From Paramecium tetraurelia (taxonomy: Eukaryota): a stretch of 64,000 bases of DNA. Positions 1 to 13,369 of the stretch are shown here, piece by piece. The translations under genes and the position numbers were made by a program. The stretch is taken from assembly GCA_000165425.1 (NCBI GenBank), contig CT868663.1:1-64000 (forward strand), read 5' to 3'. The notes under the pieces are model-generated. The model ran no database searches and was not told the origin of the DNA. It was given only the letters and a program-made list of their open reading frames with translations. Positions within the stretch are counted from its first letter, which is position 1; each line of letters opens with the position of its first letter.

Positions 1-2375
1 CTCAACATGTGAGAGATCTAATTAAAGCTATCTTGTTATTTTGCTAAGCCCTGCGAAATTGCTGAAGTCACTAATGAAGTCACAATGATCTTGGGAGGTT
101 GCATAAATATTCATAATATTTATATAAATAAGCATTTAACTGATGAACATTCAAAACATTTAGGGGGCAATCAACTAGTTTAAATTAATATTAAATCAAT
201 CAATGAATAAATTGCAAGCTTTTCATGATTTGTCAGTAAAGGAATGGAGGTTATCTATCATGTTTGCTTTTTTCCCACTGCTTTTGACTAGAAAAATTCA
301 TTTGAATAGAAGTTTCTTCATTCTAAAGGATTCCAAATCAAGTTGGATCTCAAGTTGATGAAGAGTTTTCTCTGTTATCTCTAAATAAAATACAAATGCC
401 TTCTTTTTTTTAGGAAGAACTTCATCATGTAAATAATTCAGTTTCAAAAGAACACCTAGAAGAAAATTAAAAGTATTAAAGGCAACCGGAAGGGTCCATA
501 ATAAAATCACATTTTGTTGTAGCTCTGTATTTGCACTGCATGCTTTGATAAAAAATACGTATACTATAAATATTTATGTATTTTCATTTTAGTAGGTTAT
601 GGAGTAAAATAAGAGATTTTTTCAGAATAACACAATTAGAGAATGAAAAATTAAAGACATCCTTCAAGTCGATTGCAATTCATGGTTAGTATCGACACTG
701 AATCATCAGCCTTATCATTAAGCTTGTTTGATACAAATTTTTTGTAGATAAAATTATTTATCACACTTCTAGGAAATAATCACAAGGGTAAGTACAGTTG
801 ATAACTCTACCATCTCTGGCATAACAAGCAAATTGCTATTAGATATTTGCATTAATATCCTTTTAATGAATGAAGCACACAAATGTCATAATAACTAAAC
901 TAAATTTAAAGCATCAATATCACAAAATCGTATGCATTGCTAACCCCATAAAAAAGCCTCATTAACAAGTTAGGTAAACATTAGGTAGTGTATCCGTATC
1001 ATTAGCCATGCAAATGTCTATAATAGAACTGGAACATCTATTAATTTGCATACTCACATATTAGAAGAGCCATACAAGATTTGAAAATCATTGATGATCA
1101 CCACAATAGATATTTATATCATAATGACTATCAATAAGGCCATTGCTTTTATAGTGTGGTTTAATGTTTAAGAATAGTGAATTCTTGGATTTAGGATTAA
1201 GATCATAACTATGATAGGTAATTTTTGGAGTAAGTTGACCAAAAATAGAGGAATTGATAATCGATTAAGATGAAAGAATAGAACAATATTTTGCCTTACC
1301 AAATAATTAGATTCATTTTAGTGATTCAAAAAAGAAATTCCAGCTATTTTCATTTTTAAGACGATTTAAAAAGTATAGCTAAAGCCAAAAATTGTAAAGA
1401 TCAGTTGTTAATTGTACATAGTAGTACATAGTAGTATTTTAGTTAAAAAGTAGCAAAGTTAAATTAAAGCACTTGTTTTTAAACTATTGCTTATTAATTT
1501 GCCGAATATCAATATACTTAAGGTGAATATTTCAGATTTGTTGAGAAATCTAAACTGAAATAAGCCTAATAGAAGAAATAAATTTCTGAATAAATAGAAT
1601 AAAATAAATCTAAACTCATAGAGATATAAAATGTATTAAGTTCCAAATCTAAGATAGATTAAGTGTAATATTAGAATCTTTCGAGAATTTCAATTATAAA
1701 TAGAAAGACGAGGAAAGAAAAACAAAATTAGTTATTGAATAGATTTAATTAAGAATGTTGCGAGAAGCTTAAAAATTATTAACAATGAGAAGAAAAAAAA
1801 GATATACTAGTTAGAAGAAACCAGTCGATTTAGATTAGAGGTAAGTATTTTCAATCAAATTTCTGGTAATTTTAATTCAGATGAGATAATTGAACCGATA
1901 TTTGGAGGGTTAAGTTTTCATTACATTGATTATTAAGTAAATCTATTGGCTCAATATTATTTCATTGGAGTAGAAAGCTGATTTGAGAATACCACAAGGA
2001 GATTTTTTGATTCATCAAAGTAATCTTAATATTATTTTATTTTAAGTGTTAAAAATAAGAATTTCTGGGTGCCTTGATCCAATATGTTCATCACATTTTG
2101 AAATACTCATTTCTTATGTAATTCAATTAATTGATGTTATTGATTACCCAGCTATTTTAATACTCAAATCTCTTGAAGATAAGGAAGCATATTGGATTAT
2201 AATTAAAAGAAATTTGATTTAATGAATTCTTATCTGTAGATTTAGCTATTAACTCTGCTTAAAATGAAAGTATCTTAATAAAATTCAACTTTTTTTTATG
2301 TGTAACCTCATTTATATATCAATAAAACTTGCCTTTTAATTATTTGCCTTAAGTTATAACATTTTATTCCCTATA

Positions 2376-2993
2376 TCAATCAAATCCAAAGATAATATAA
2401 TTAAATTTCAATAAAAATCTATATTTTTCCTTTACATAGTTAATGGCTTTTTTATTTAAATCGTCTATTCCTTCAAAATTATTTCTGAAAGCAGGTTCTG
2501 TTAGGATGGCTAAGCAACATCTGAATGTGTTCAAAATATATTTAATGTACTCTCTTTGACTTATCGAATCATACTTATTTTGGCAGTCTTTTAAAATAGA
2601 TTCCTTAAACAGCTCTCTAGAGAAAATAGGGTTTTGGATACCAAAATGAGTGTGTAATTTCTGAATTAACGGTATATAAAGCAATTTATCCTATAAATTA
2701 TCAACGTTCTTAGAACACTTATGTTTTAAGTAAAAATGCTCTATTTGTTTAACTATCATCTTGATCAACCTTCAAAATTGATTTCAAAGAATTTTCTCCT
2801 GAAAAATTATGTTCCTTCTAAAAGATCTTGGATAAAAAATTGTTTAAAATATTGTATGTTAATTTAAAAAATCCTTATTACTTCCATTATTCTTTTTCTT
2901 TATTGAAATACTTCAAATTAACTTTAAATCTAGATTGAATAAAGAGAAAAATTACTTCGAATAAACAATTGTAGAAATAAAATATTTGTTCAT
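2376..2993 (-). pseudogene. Possible decayed or uncharacterised gene
   Basis: 102-aa ORF 2376-2684 lies just downstream of a GT..AG intron-like segment; an upstream ATG at 2993 could not be joined without a TGA; no recognisable domain. Confidence 0.25.
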
Positions 2994-4148
2994 GAATTAA
3001 TATCTTCAATTAAACTATTTCATAATTTATCCTTATAAATAATAAAACAAACATATTCAGAAAAGAATCCTTTAAGTATATACAGCAATAAAAAAATGAA
3101 AATAATGAAAAGCAATTCTATTTGCAAATTCTAGATTATAACGTTTATTTAGGAATCCTTTTGAGTATGAAAAATATTGAGTCAAATAAAGCCAGCTGTG
3201 TACTACAAAATATCAAATCAGGTTTTGATTCTATGGCAAAGTTCTCACTATTTTCGTACATAAAAATGCTCAAACTTAGAAATCTAAGTAGAAAGAGAAA
3301 AGTATCATGCCATATACAAAAATTTCATGAAGGTAATATTTCCTAAAATATAGAAAATTAATAGTTCAATTATGAAATCAATATTTTTCATCATGCCTGA
3401 AATATCATTTTTCACAATCCAAAATGGCAATTAAGAATTGAAAACTAATTGTTTTATTTTTTTATTGATTTTATTTTTTATAAAAGAACTTAATAAAGAA
3501 TGAATATTACTTAAACTGCTTTTTCAAATTTTAGAATATGGGCATTTGTTGAATAGTTTCATAATAAATATGAGTTTACCAAACATAAATTTTCAAAACT
3601 TAAACTCAAACCCCCATCTTAAATTAATACATGATATGATACAATATAATTATTGATATTTTTATGAAAAACTTAATCAATAATAACAAGTCAAGAAGCC
3701 TTAACAGAAGTAAATCAAAGGAAGAACGATCTAATGAATCATAGAATAAATTAAAGACTATACCAGCTTAGTCTAATACTGACTTTTCACCTCTTTTGAG
3801 TTATCTAGTTGGATTCAAGTTTGTTATAAATCCACCATTCTTTGTTGAAATTTGAAATCAAGTTTAAGAGTTTAACTCGATTTATGGAGAAGAATAATTG
3901 GAAATGCTTTAAAAAAACTTAAGAAAATTTAACCTTTGAACCAATTCTTACAGTTCATAAAGATGCCCTGTAGCTCGTTTAGATATAGATGACACATCTG
4001 AAATAGGATTAAGATGATTGGTCGGAAGACCTATATTTAGTTACTATCTGGCCGAAGCGGATGGTGTTGTAGAAGACTGGATTAGAAGAAATATCTGATT
4101 GTTCGGAAAAGGAGGAGGCTCGTTACCGCTTGGACAGGATCAAATTGG

Positions 4149-4298
4149 NNNNNNNNNNNNNNNNNNNNNNNNNNNNNNNNNNNNNNNNNNNNNNNNNNNN
4201 NNNNNNNNNNNNNNNNNNNNNNNNNNNNNNNNNNNNNNNNNNNNNNNNNNNNNNNNNNNNNNNNNNNNNNNNNNNNNNNNNNNNNNNNNNNNNNNNNN
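4149..4298. other. Assembly gap (150 N)
   Basis: Run of N bases. Confidence 0.99.
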
Positions 4299-5372
4299 AA
4301 TCACTTTTATAGTGTTGCCAGATTTTATCAGAACTCAATTCCATTATGGAAATCAAAAACAATTTTCCTTCATTTTTTAGTTTTCCCTCACTGCCCATTT
4401 CTTCGATGCCCACATTCTTAGATTTATAAGCGGGTGGTTTCTTTCATTTTCCCTCTTAATTTCTAATGTCATATAATACGTCATTAACGATGTGACGAAC
4501 GTCATATCGAGATAAGTCTTCTTGTCCTCTCCGTTCTCGGGTTATTAACTTCCCTTCCAGAGATCTGGCCCTGACCAGGCCCTAAAAGGCCCGAGTTTAA
4601 TCTGTATTTCCTATCCGATCAAGGGGTGGACACGGGTGTCTTCCGACATGGCTGGGGCGTCAATCGGAAGTCACTTTAATATTATCGTCGTAAATAGGAC
4701 CTTCCGACCTGCTTGTGCAAAGAAACTGCATAATAATAAAGATTGCTGATCAGTTTGAAGACCAAATTGTCCACATTTAAACTGAATAGCAATCTATAAA
4801 TTAGGAATCGGGGCTGGTAAGAATAGTGTTTATATGATTATAGTCAGGTAAAAGTTGATATGGATAATATTTTGAACAAAGACTTGTCATGGAATTCCTT
4901 TTATGATGACCTAAGGAAATAGAAGAAATAACAATGTCTGATAAAGTCCACTTTGATTATGTGTTCATTACCTTGAGACACATGGTTGCCAAATTTTTGC
5001 AAGATATTAAGATATTGTAGTGCCTGAGTTCAGTACTTATAAAAGAAACATTTAGAAACTACACCGAAGAGTGGTTATTAAGATAAGAATGATAATTGTT
5101 AAATTATATTTAAATATTATGTTAGATAGGATATAAAGAAGAATTATCAAGAGAAATTCTTTGGATTTCATTCTATTTATTATTGAATTCCATATTTAGT
5201 CTCTAAATGTTTGATGAAATTGAATATTACAGATTAAAATATTGATATAAATTGTAAAAATTTAAGACTTTGTTAAAATAATTTATAGGTTTAGAAGAGA
5301 AAAATATTCCTATTGTTTAAATAATTTAATCCCCTCTCAGTCATCAGTTTGATTAATTTATTGAGCAAGAAA

Positions 5373-5690
5373 TCATTTAAGTTATACTATCTCAATCTTC
5401 TTAGCATATTTCTCAACTTTACACTAAGACTTATTTACGAAATTTAAACTCTTTATGAGACCAATAATTTAGACCATGTACTTTTTCATTTTCAACTCAA
5501 AGCAGGAAAGTGATGGTAATTTTCCATTTTCAATTTTGCATTTTCCCATAAGTAGGCATTCCAAATCAGTTTAAATTTCCTCACAATTGCAAAATCCATC
5601 TTTGATATCTATTATTGTTTGACTTAAAATTCCATTTAGTAGAACACTGTATAAGAAGAGGATGCTAATGTGATAATGATAAATATTCAT
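5373..5690 (-). pseudogene. Short secreted Cys-rich (surface-antigen-like) ORF, possibly truncated or decayed
   Basis: Code-6 ORF of 105 aa: MNIYHYHISILFLYSVLLNGILSQ (signal-like), then FCNCEEIQTDLECLLMGKC; the Cys periodicity fades downstream. Confidence 0.4.
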
Positions 5691-8600
5691 TGATATTTAT
5701 ATATGTGAAAAATCTTTAATAAATCTCACCAAATTAAAAATTTTTTTTTAGATTTAAATATATTTAATTCATTAAATTATTTTTTGTCCAAAAAATAATG
5801 AATATTAGTAGATAAATAAACTTAATTCATTGTCTAGATAACTATTTAATCTACGTAAGAATGACAAAAATCAGACCAAATTTCAAGAGATTGATATAAA
5901 AAAGAATAGGTAATATAAAATCTTTTTCAGAAACATAAAAATATGTACCCAAGAATGTGAAACCTAACTTAAGAAATATAAGGATTAATTTTAGGTCAGC
6001 GATTTGCAATTTAAGGATTTTTCTTTCTCTCGTTTATTCTATTGAACAGTATTTACAAATCAAAGTTTTAAAAAGAACTGTAAAAAAAAAGAAATCTCAA
6101 TTTTTATAATTTTTAAGATAATTTCTTATTAATTTTTGTAATTGATCTTTTATTATTAAAATTTTTATAAATATTAAGTAAATAGAAGTAGTTTCAAAAT
6201 TTATTTTTCATCCCCAATAGAATAATACAATTCGAAGTAAGCAGTAGGAACATAAAGACACTTAAGTATCCAATTTTTTAATACTGTTGTAAACTGTATT
6301 GGAAGTCGTCATGATACATTACATAAGTACACTAAAGCAAGATGCCAGTAACAATAGGAAAATTATAGATAATGAGATAATTTTGTAATCATATTTTAAT
6401 TATCTATCTATTATTGATTTGTTTTCAAAAAATAACTGTGTATTTCAGATTTGCTTTAGGGAACTCTGTCCAAAATTTTATTTCTTTTTTTTCTATACAG
6501 CATTATTAAGGCCTGTCTGATACTTGCTACCTTTGAAATTTAAATATGCTGCTCCAGTCTCTGGCGGAGATATTAATTAAATGAGAAAAATACAAACCAT
6601 TACTATCATAATAGATTATTATCATAGGTTAACAAAAATATAGACTGAAAAACTGAATTTCCTTAAATGATTGTATAAATTCTGAGACCATAAACCTATG
6701 TCTATCTTCTCCATTCCCCATAAGACAACGTATTCTAAAGGTTAGTAATAAATAAAAATTAATATATCCCTAATCATTTCGAGGAAATCAAAGGAATTCT
6801 ATTACAGCATTCCTTCCCTTAAAAAATCTGAACCACTATAAAATTGAAATATTAATAATGAATGTGATACTAATAATCTCATTTGTTTTCATAAAATTTC
6901 TATTTATTTGAATTAAAGATCTTATTAAGATAGAACTAGGATAAAATAATTTGAAGTTCCATTTATAAAGAGTAAAAAAGGATATCTTTTGTGCAATTAA
7001 TTCGAATATTAAACTATATTACTAATCTTGTTAGGGGAATTTAGAAATATTCGTAAAATAATCTATTGTCTTTTATTTTTCATCGAATTTTAACTCATAA
7101 TTACATTTCTCCAAATAATCTTTAATTTTTGGTTGAGTTGTTTAACATTAGAAGTTCTGTAATTATGATCATTATTATTTCTAAAGTTGACCATAATTCT
7201 ATTAGTTTTTGTAACATCAATAAACTTTTAATGGAAGCTTTTTATTAAGCTAAGGTTTAGTCCATTTAGGATCTCTACTCCAAACTTCCTGCTTGATGTT
7301 TACATTGATTAACTAATTGTTAAACTTGTTAGATTGAGGATAATAGCTACCAAATATAAAATATTTTGGAATTGGAGACACCTTAAGGCCAAAAAATTTG
7401 AATATAGCCTTCCGATACTAAGGTTTGTTTTACATCAAACCTTACTTTTATCAGGTGTTCTCACAAAGAATAATTATTCAATTGAAGAGATTGAAAATGG
7501 TGGAAGTATAGTGAAACCTATAATATAAAAAACGTTGAAACTTGAAAATCAACCTCTTCTAGGAAATAGATTAGAAATGCTGTTCCTTTGGCTTTAGAAC
7601 TACCGAGTAATGAGATATACAAAAGAATAGCTTGAGGCAATAATTTCTTATATCTCCTAAACAGTGATAAGTACCTTATTATCACTTATTTCGAGACTTC
7701 CAATTATGAGAGAAGTTTATTGATGAAAATAACAAAGATTAACTGATATTTTTTGAAGTTTGCCATTTGCCTAATTATAAATACCTTGAAAGATAAAATC
7801 AAAGTTGGTAGTAATCCAAAGAATTTAGTTTTTTCTGTGGCACTTTGAACATATTTAAGAGCATACTTTAAGAGAAATATCTAATACTCACAATGACTTC
7901 ATGAATTATGATACACTAAACCAAACACTTAGAGATAAACTTATTGCATACTAGGAAGAATTCTGACTTAGAATTAATCATTTAAACCTTAAATATAATG
8001 AGATAATATAGTAAAGAGACTCCTCTAGAGAAACTTTTAAAAGGTTAGCTTTTGAAGATTAACTTCATCATGCTTTATAAGGTATTATACTAAATTTGTC
8101 AAAATCTCAGTATAAAAAATGAAGTGTATTTTTCAACTTTTAAATTATAATGTTGTTATTTGGAAAAAAATTAAAAAAGTTTATTTATAAATTTAGTTTA
8201 AATAAATATTATAAAGATTAAATATTTCAAATTGTAGTTGCTTGAAGGTTGACCATAATCTATATATTAGTTGAATCTTTTCTGATTATATAGTAAATGC
8301 ATGTACTATTTCAATATATTAGCTAAACTATTTCTAATTTCATTATTAATTTGAAATCCTAAAAATAGGTCAACAAAATTTTAAATTATTCCTAAAGAAA
8401 TTATTTTTCATATCTCTCTAAACTCAAACTACCTTCTTATCCCCTTCTAAGGTAATTCAAAATCAGATAATCTCAGGGGGTTATTTTATTTTTAAAAATA
8501 TTAATAGTCTTAATAATTTGAATTAGATTAGTATATATGATAGATTGGTGAATATATTTATTCATTAATTAAAATTCAAGACATTTGTTATTGAAAATCA

Positions 8601-9368
8601 ATGCCAAAGGTGTCATTCATAAAGATTGTGTTTTTCTACCCAATCCTAGTTTATTAAAACTGTATGGATACTCGAAGTGCTGACTGTTATAATAATGATT
8701 GGTCAAACAAAGTAGGAGATTGTGCAGGTAATATATTCCTAGGTCCATTTACTTTAAATGAAACAATATCAAGATAGTTTGATAATGTAAGAGGTGCCAG
8801 GTTTGGTTTTAATTTTACAATTGCAAAAATTGATAGTTGGGATCCTAATGATTTTCTTATAGTCTTTGCAGATGAGATAGAAATAGGTAAATTTTGGTAC
8901 ACTCCTGCTGATGGAGTAGATATGTGTTACGTGTAATATCTAGATTTGTTTGCTGAAAAATAAATAAAGTTTAATTTTCCAGAAGGAAGAAGTTCTATGA
9001 AAATAACCTTAGATGGTAACTTTGATGAGCCGCTTTCTAATGGTATTATAATTTCTTATGTTAGAGGGTTGGGGAGCTAAAAGATTCATTTTATAAATTT
9101 TGCAGCCTTGCGTAGCATTTTATAGTGATTGTAATTTTTAAGGAGAGGTATGGACAATTTGTAGTGGAAATCAAACAAATCATGCAAGAGATATTCCATT
9201 TGAATTTAAATCAATCTTAATTGAGAATGGGATATAAGTCAAAATGAGAGATCCAAGGTACTACGGCGGTCAAACTTAAACATATACATCGAGTTAATAT
9301 TGTTTATCAAGTTATTAAGTAAATATCTAAGTTAACACTAGTTCCCAAAATACAAGCAAAACGCTTGA
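8601..9368 (+). CDS. Secreted protein with C-terminal beta/gamma-crystallin-like motif
   Basis: ATG 8601, hydrophobic N-terminus MPKVSFIKIVFFYPILVY; AKIDSWD and EGWG motifs; CVAFYSDCNFQGEVWTIC; two 22-23 nt GT-AG introns; TGA 9366-9368. Confidence 0.8.
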
Positions 9369-9703
9369 AATTAATGTCATATTATATATAAAATGATTAA
9401 GATTAACAAATAATTAACAAATAATTAAAATTTAAGTTATATAAAGCATAATTAGATATAAAATTTGTAATTAAAAAATTGTAGAATAATAAGTATACTT
9501 CTTTGTCAGTCACCTCGTTTCATTGAAATAATAATTTGGATGATCGTATATGTTCACTTCAATTACGATCAATAATTTGGGAATGTAGAGCATTCAGTTT
9601 GAAGCCATTGATTTAGATAACTCTAAACATTAAGCCAGGATGCATATTGATGATTACCATGAATCATATTGATTTATTTGATAATTCTATATTTATATTT
9701 ATT

Positions 9704-11081
9704 ATGTAAATTTATAAACCCTCTCTCTTAAACTAGGGATTCCGACCTCAATCAACAGATTATTATCATAGGATTTAATCTGCTAAAACAGCAAATACTA
9801 TTCATAGCAATAGAACCATTCCTTAATAAACTATTTCATCCAATCGGAGTCAAACTAGAATTACAACTGTGAAACCTATTCGATCATTTATCATCAGCAA
9901 AACTATTAAATCCAAACATATTGAGGATGAAGATTTTGATGAAATCATTAAAACTTCTCATGATCAAGATCTATTTAGTATAATTTTTATTAAATTAGAG
10001 TTCAAACATAAATGTAATGCACCTTAACATTTAAGAATGGAATAGATCTATAGATTTATTTATGATAAAAAGACAAGCAACAAGTAAAAATATTCTATGC
10101 AAAGTAAAATTAATTAGTAGGCCTTACCCGTGGCTAGTGGTTCAATTAGTATTATGTTAAATGTTGCAAGAAAGGATTACGGATTTAACTTATAATCTTT
10201 CAAAAAAAAGATAGCTCCGAAATCTAAATTTAAAATGAAATGGAAAACTATTTAATGGTTATTAAAGAATAGGAAAGATGCCATTAGATAGATATTTTAA
10301 AATTATTAATCCATCATAAAATAAGCCAAGGACTTCCCTGATGGATTAAACAGAGAGGAATTTCAAGGATTGCTCATTTCCTTTGGTTTGGGGGCTGACA
10401 AAAATCTTGCAGAAAAATTGTTTTATGTTTTTGACGAGGATTCAAGTGGCACTGTCGATTATAAAGAACTTATAGTAGGCTTAGAGGTGTTGAAAGATGA
10501 TACCATAGATGAGAAATTAAAGAGTAATTTGTATAAACCTTATATAGAATAGTCTTTTTTGATTTATGTGATGAAGATGGCTCAGGTAAAGTAAGTGAAA
10601 AAGAAATCTTTAACATCTTGAAGTAAAATATCATCAATGAAAATGATAAATATTAATTAAAAATGGTCATTAGAGAAATGATCAAATAAGTTGATTAAGA
10701 TGGAGATGGAGAATTAAATAAAGAAGAAATCTTATAAGCTGCCAGCAAAAACCCCATTCTTCGGAGATTGCTCGAACAAACCATTTCTAATGTGAGAAGA
10801 ATAGATGCAATTATTTAAAATGATTTAGAAGAACCATTTCACCAATTTGTACCATCTTCTGCTAATTTCATCTAATAAAAAGAAGGTATACATTTTGCAA
10901 CTTAATAAAAATTAATTGATGCTTTAGAGGAAATCGATAAAGTATGTTTATTATTAAGTTTTAGATCCATAAAAAGGGTTAGAAAATCAAAGAATATACA
11001 AAACCTGAAAATCAGATGGGACTTACTACCTATTAAGGATTGCAAGAGAAAAAATTTCTTGATGACTCTTAGTTTGATTGA
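9704..11081 (+). CDS. EF-hand calcium-binding protein (calcineurin-B/NCS-like core with long N-terminal extension)
   Basis: EF loops DEDSSGTVDYKE, DEDGSGKVSEKE, DQDGDGELNKEE; several short introns; TGA 11079-11081. Confidence 0.9.
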
Positions 11082-11483
11082 TCATATTATTTTATAATTT
11101 AAATCATAAAAATGTGTCAACTACTGAAAATATTACTCAATGCAGTAAATTTTAAAATCAAATTTTTTTTCAGATTGAAGAATAAATTAAAAATCACTGA
11201 TTTTTATCTATAATCTTTAGGCGTAATCACGAATAAACGAGATTGTTTAGACGAGTATCAGGTTCCTTTACAGAAATATTAATGAATTAATAATAATATT
11301 ATTATATAAAGTTTAAAGTCAAGTAGAATATATAAATTACAATTAATAGGATAAGGAAAATCAATAAATTCTAATACTTATGAATTGATGAATTAAAATG
11401 ATGCATTATGATTTATAATTAATTAAAAAAAATTACTTTTTTAAATGATTTAATAGTTAAAATACAATTTATTATAAAAATTT

Positions 11484-13201
11484 ATGAAGAATTAAAGTTC
11501 TGAATAGAACTCTGATCAATTAGATCAAATAAACAATTCTAATGAACTTAAATCAAGTTTCTAATAGGGATATAGACTATATTAAAAGAGATATGTGATA
11601 TTATTTTTATTTGCAATTGCGGAATTGTGCAATACAGCAGTTTATGCTACTTGCAATCCAATAGCGGTGGAAGTAAAAACTGTATAATTTAACAAAGCTA
11701 AGTAACATCTATGGTATAGACCCTTCTATAGTAACTCTTTCAGCTACTTTGTATTTATTTATGCATCCATTATTTACATTTCCTGCTAGCTACTTAATTA
11801 TGTACAAGGGAAGTAGCATGTCAATAAAAATAGGCTCTATTTTGACTTTACTAGGGGTATTTTCAAGGTGTTTAGTTAGATAATCGTAAGAATATATAAA
11901 TAAATGTAGTTTCATCTATGTCTTAATTGGTTAGACATTAAGTGGAATAGGCAGACCATTAATCCTGAATGCTCAGGCTTCAGTTGCGGTGGAATGGTTT
12001 CCAGCCAATCAGAGAACGAAATTAATGACTATGTTGAATTTCATAGTCACATTTAGTGGAATATTGGGATATATTATTCCACCCATATTCTTTGCTGGAG
12101 TTACTATTGATGAGAAATCTCCTTAAGATGTATTAGACACAGGAGATTCAAGATTTATGTATTTGCTGTTTTCGGAAGCAGCATTTTCTGCAGTGTTCCT
12201 GATTCCACTGTTGATCTTTTTTGAAACAAAACCCAAAACTCCTCCATCAGCAGCTGCCAAAGGACCAACTTAAGTAATCTCTTTTACAGATAGCATTTGT
12301 TAAATGTTAAAAGATACTAAATTTGTAAAATATCTAATTCTACATTTTAGATGCAAATATTTATTTCTTTCACTTTGTTTTATGGTTCCTACAAAGGATA
12401 TGGTGTAGCTCTAGTATACATTTTGCTACCTTACGGATATGGTAAATCTGATATTGCAATTCTATCGGTTATGCCTGTGATTGGAGGATTTCTTAGTTCC
12501 TTAATTATTCCTACAATTTATAAAAGTTGGGGAAAATATAAGCCCATTATTATTATTCTGGAATTTTGTACTATTTTTACATTCTATGGATTCCTTTGGG
12601 GATGCTATTTATAAAACTATGTGATTATGCTTGCGATGGCAACTCTGCAAGGATTCTTTATCTTGCCTGCAATACCTTTATTACTGGAATGGGGTTGTGA
12701 ATAAATATACCCATTAAATGATTCTTTCTGCATCGGATTACAATATTCAGGTGCCACTATGGGAAGTTCCTTTATTGCTCAAATAGTTAGTATGGTAATC
12801 CATGGCAAAAAAGCAACAAAGTACAAAGTTGTATTTATAATTTTAGATTTGATGGATTTATGGGAATCACAATAATATGCTCTTTATACACTTTAGCTAT
12901 TTTAAGCATTTTATTTCTCAAAGAAGTTAAACATAAATTAGCATTAAAAAAATCATTCGTTTCTCCTTCAGATTAAATTGAAGAAGACTTTCCACGTCCA
13001 TACACTGAAGTAAATCCTCATGATTTGGGTCTATTTGACCCTGATAAAGTTAAGGATGAGGATGAAGATACAGGAGGAGACGATAATTTAATTGATAATG
13101 AATAAAAAGATCACGAATAAAATAATAATCATTCAAATCATAGATCATATCAAGCAGGAAACTCAATTGGAGGAGGAACAGGAGGTTTTAATGATGATTG
13201 A
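11484..13201 (+). CDS. MFS transporter, FLVCR/SLC49-like
   Basis: YRLYQKRYVILFLF start, GQTLSGIGRP, EWFPANQR and PKTPPS motifs, many TM segments; tiny introns. Confidence 0.88.
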
Positions 13202-13369
13202 TTTATTTACATTTTGGTTCAATAGTATAACTAATTAAATTAATAGTTTATAATTTATTTTATGTTGAAAACCAAGGGAATCTAATTCATGATTATAATA
13301 AAATAAATTAAAAGAGTAATGTATAATATATCTAAGAAAATACTATGTTCAATCTAATAAGGATTATTC

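Noticed and set aside
4099..4413. ORFs spanning the N run
   Set aside because: Artefacts of translating through the gap
4690..4720. GCAGGTCGGAAG on the minus strand resembling SRP helix 8 or RNase P CR-I
   Set aside because: The expected partner motifs (downstream GAGCAG, or a P4-forming CR-V) were not found
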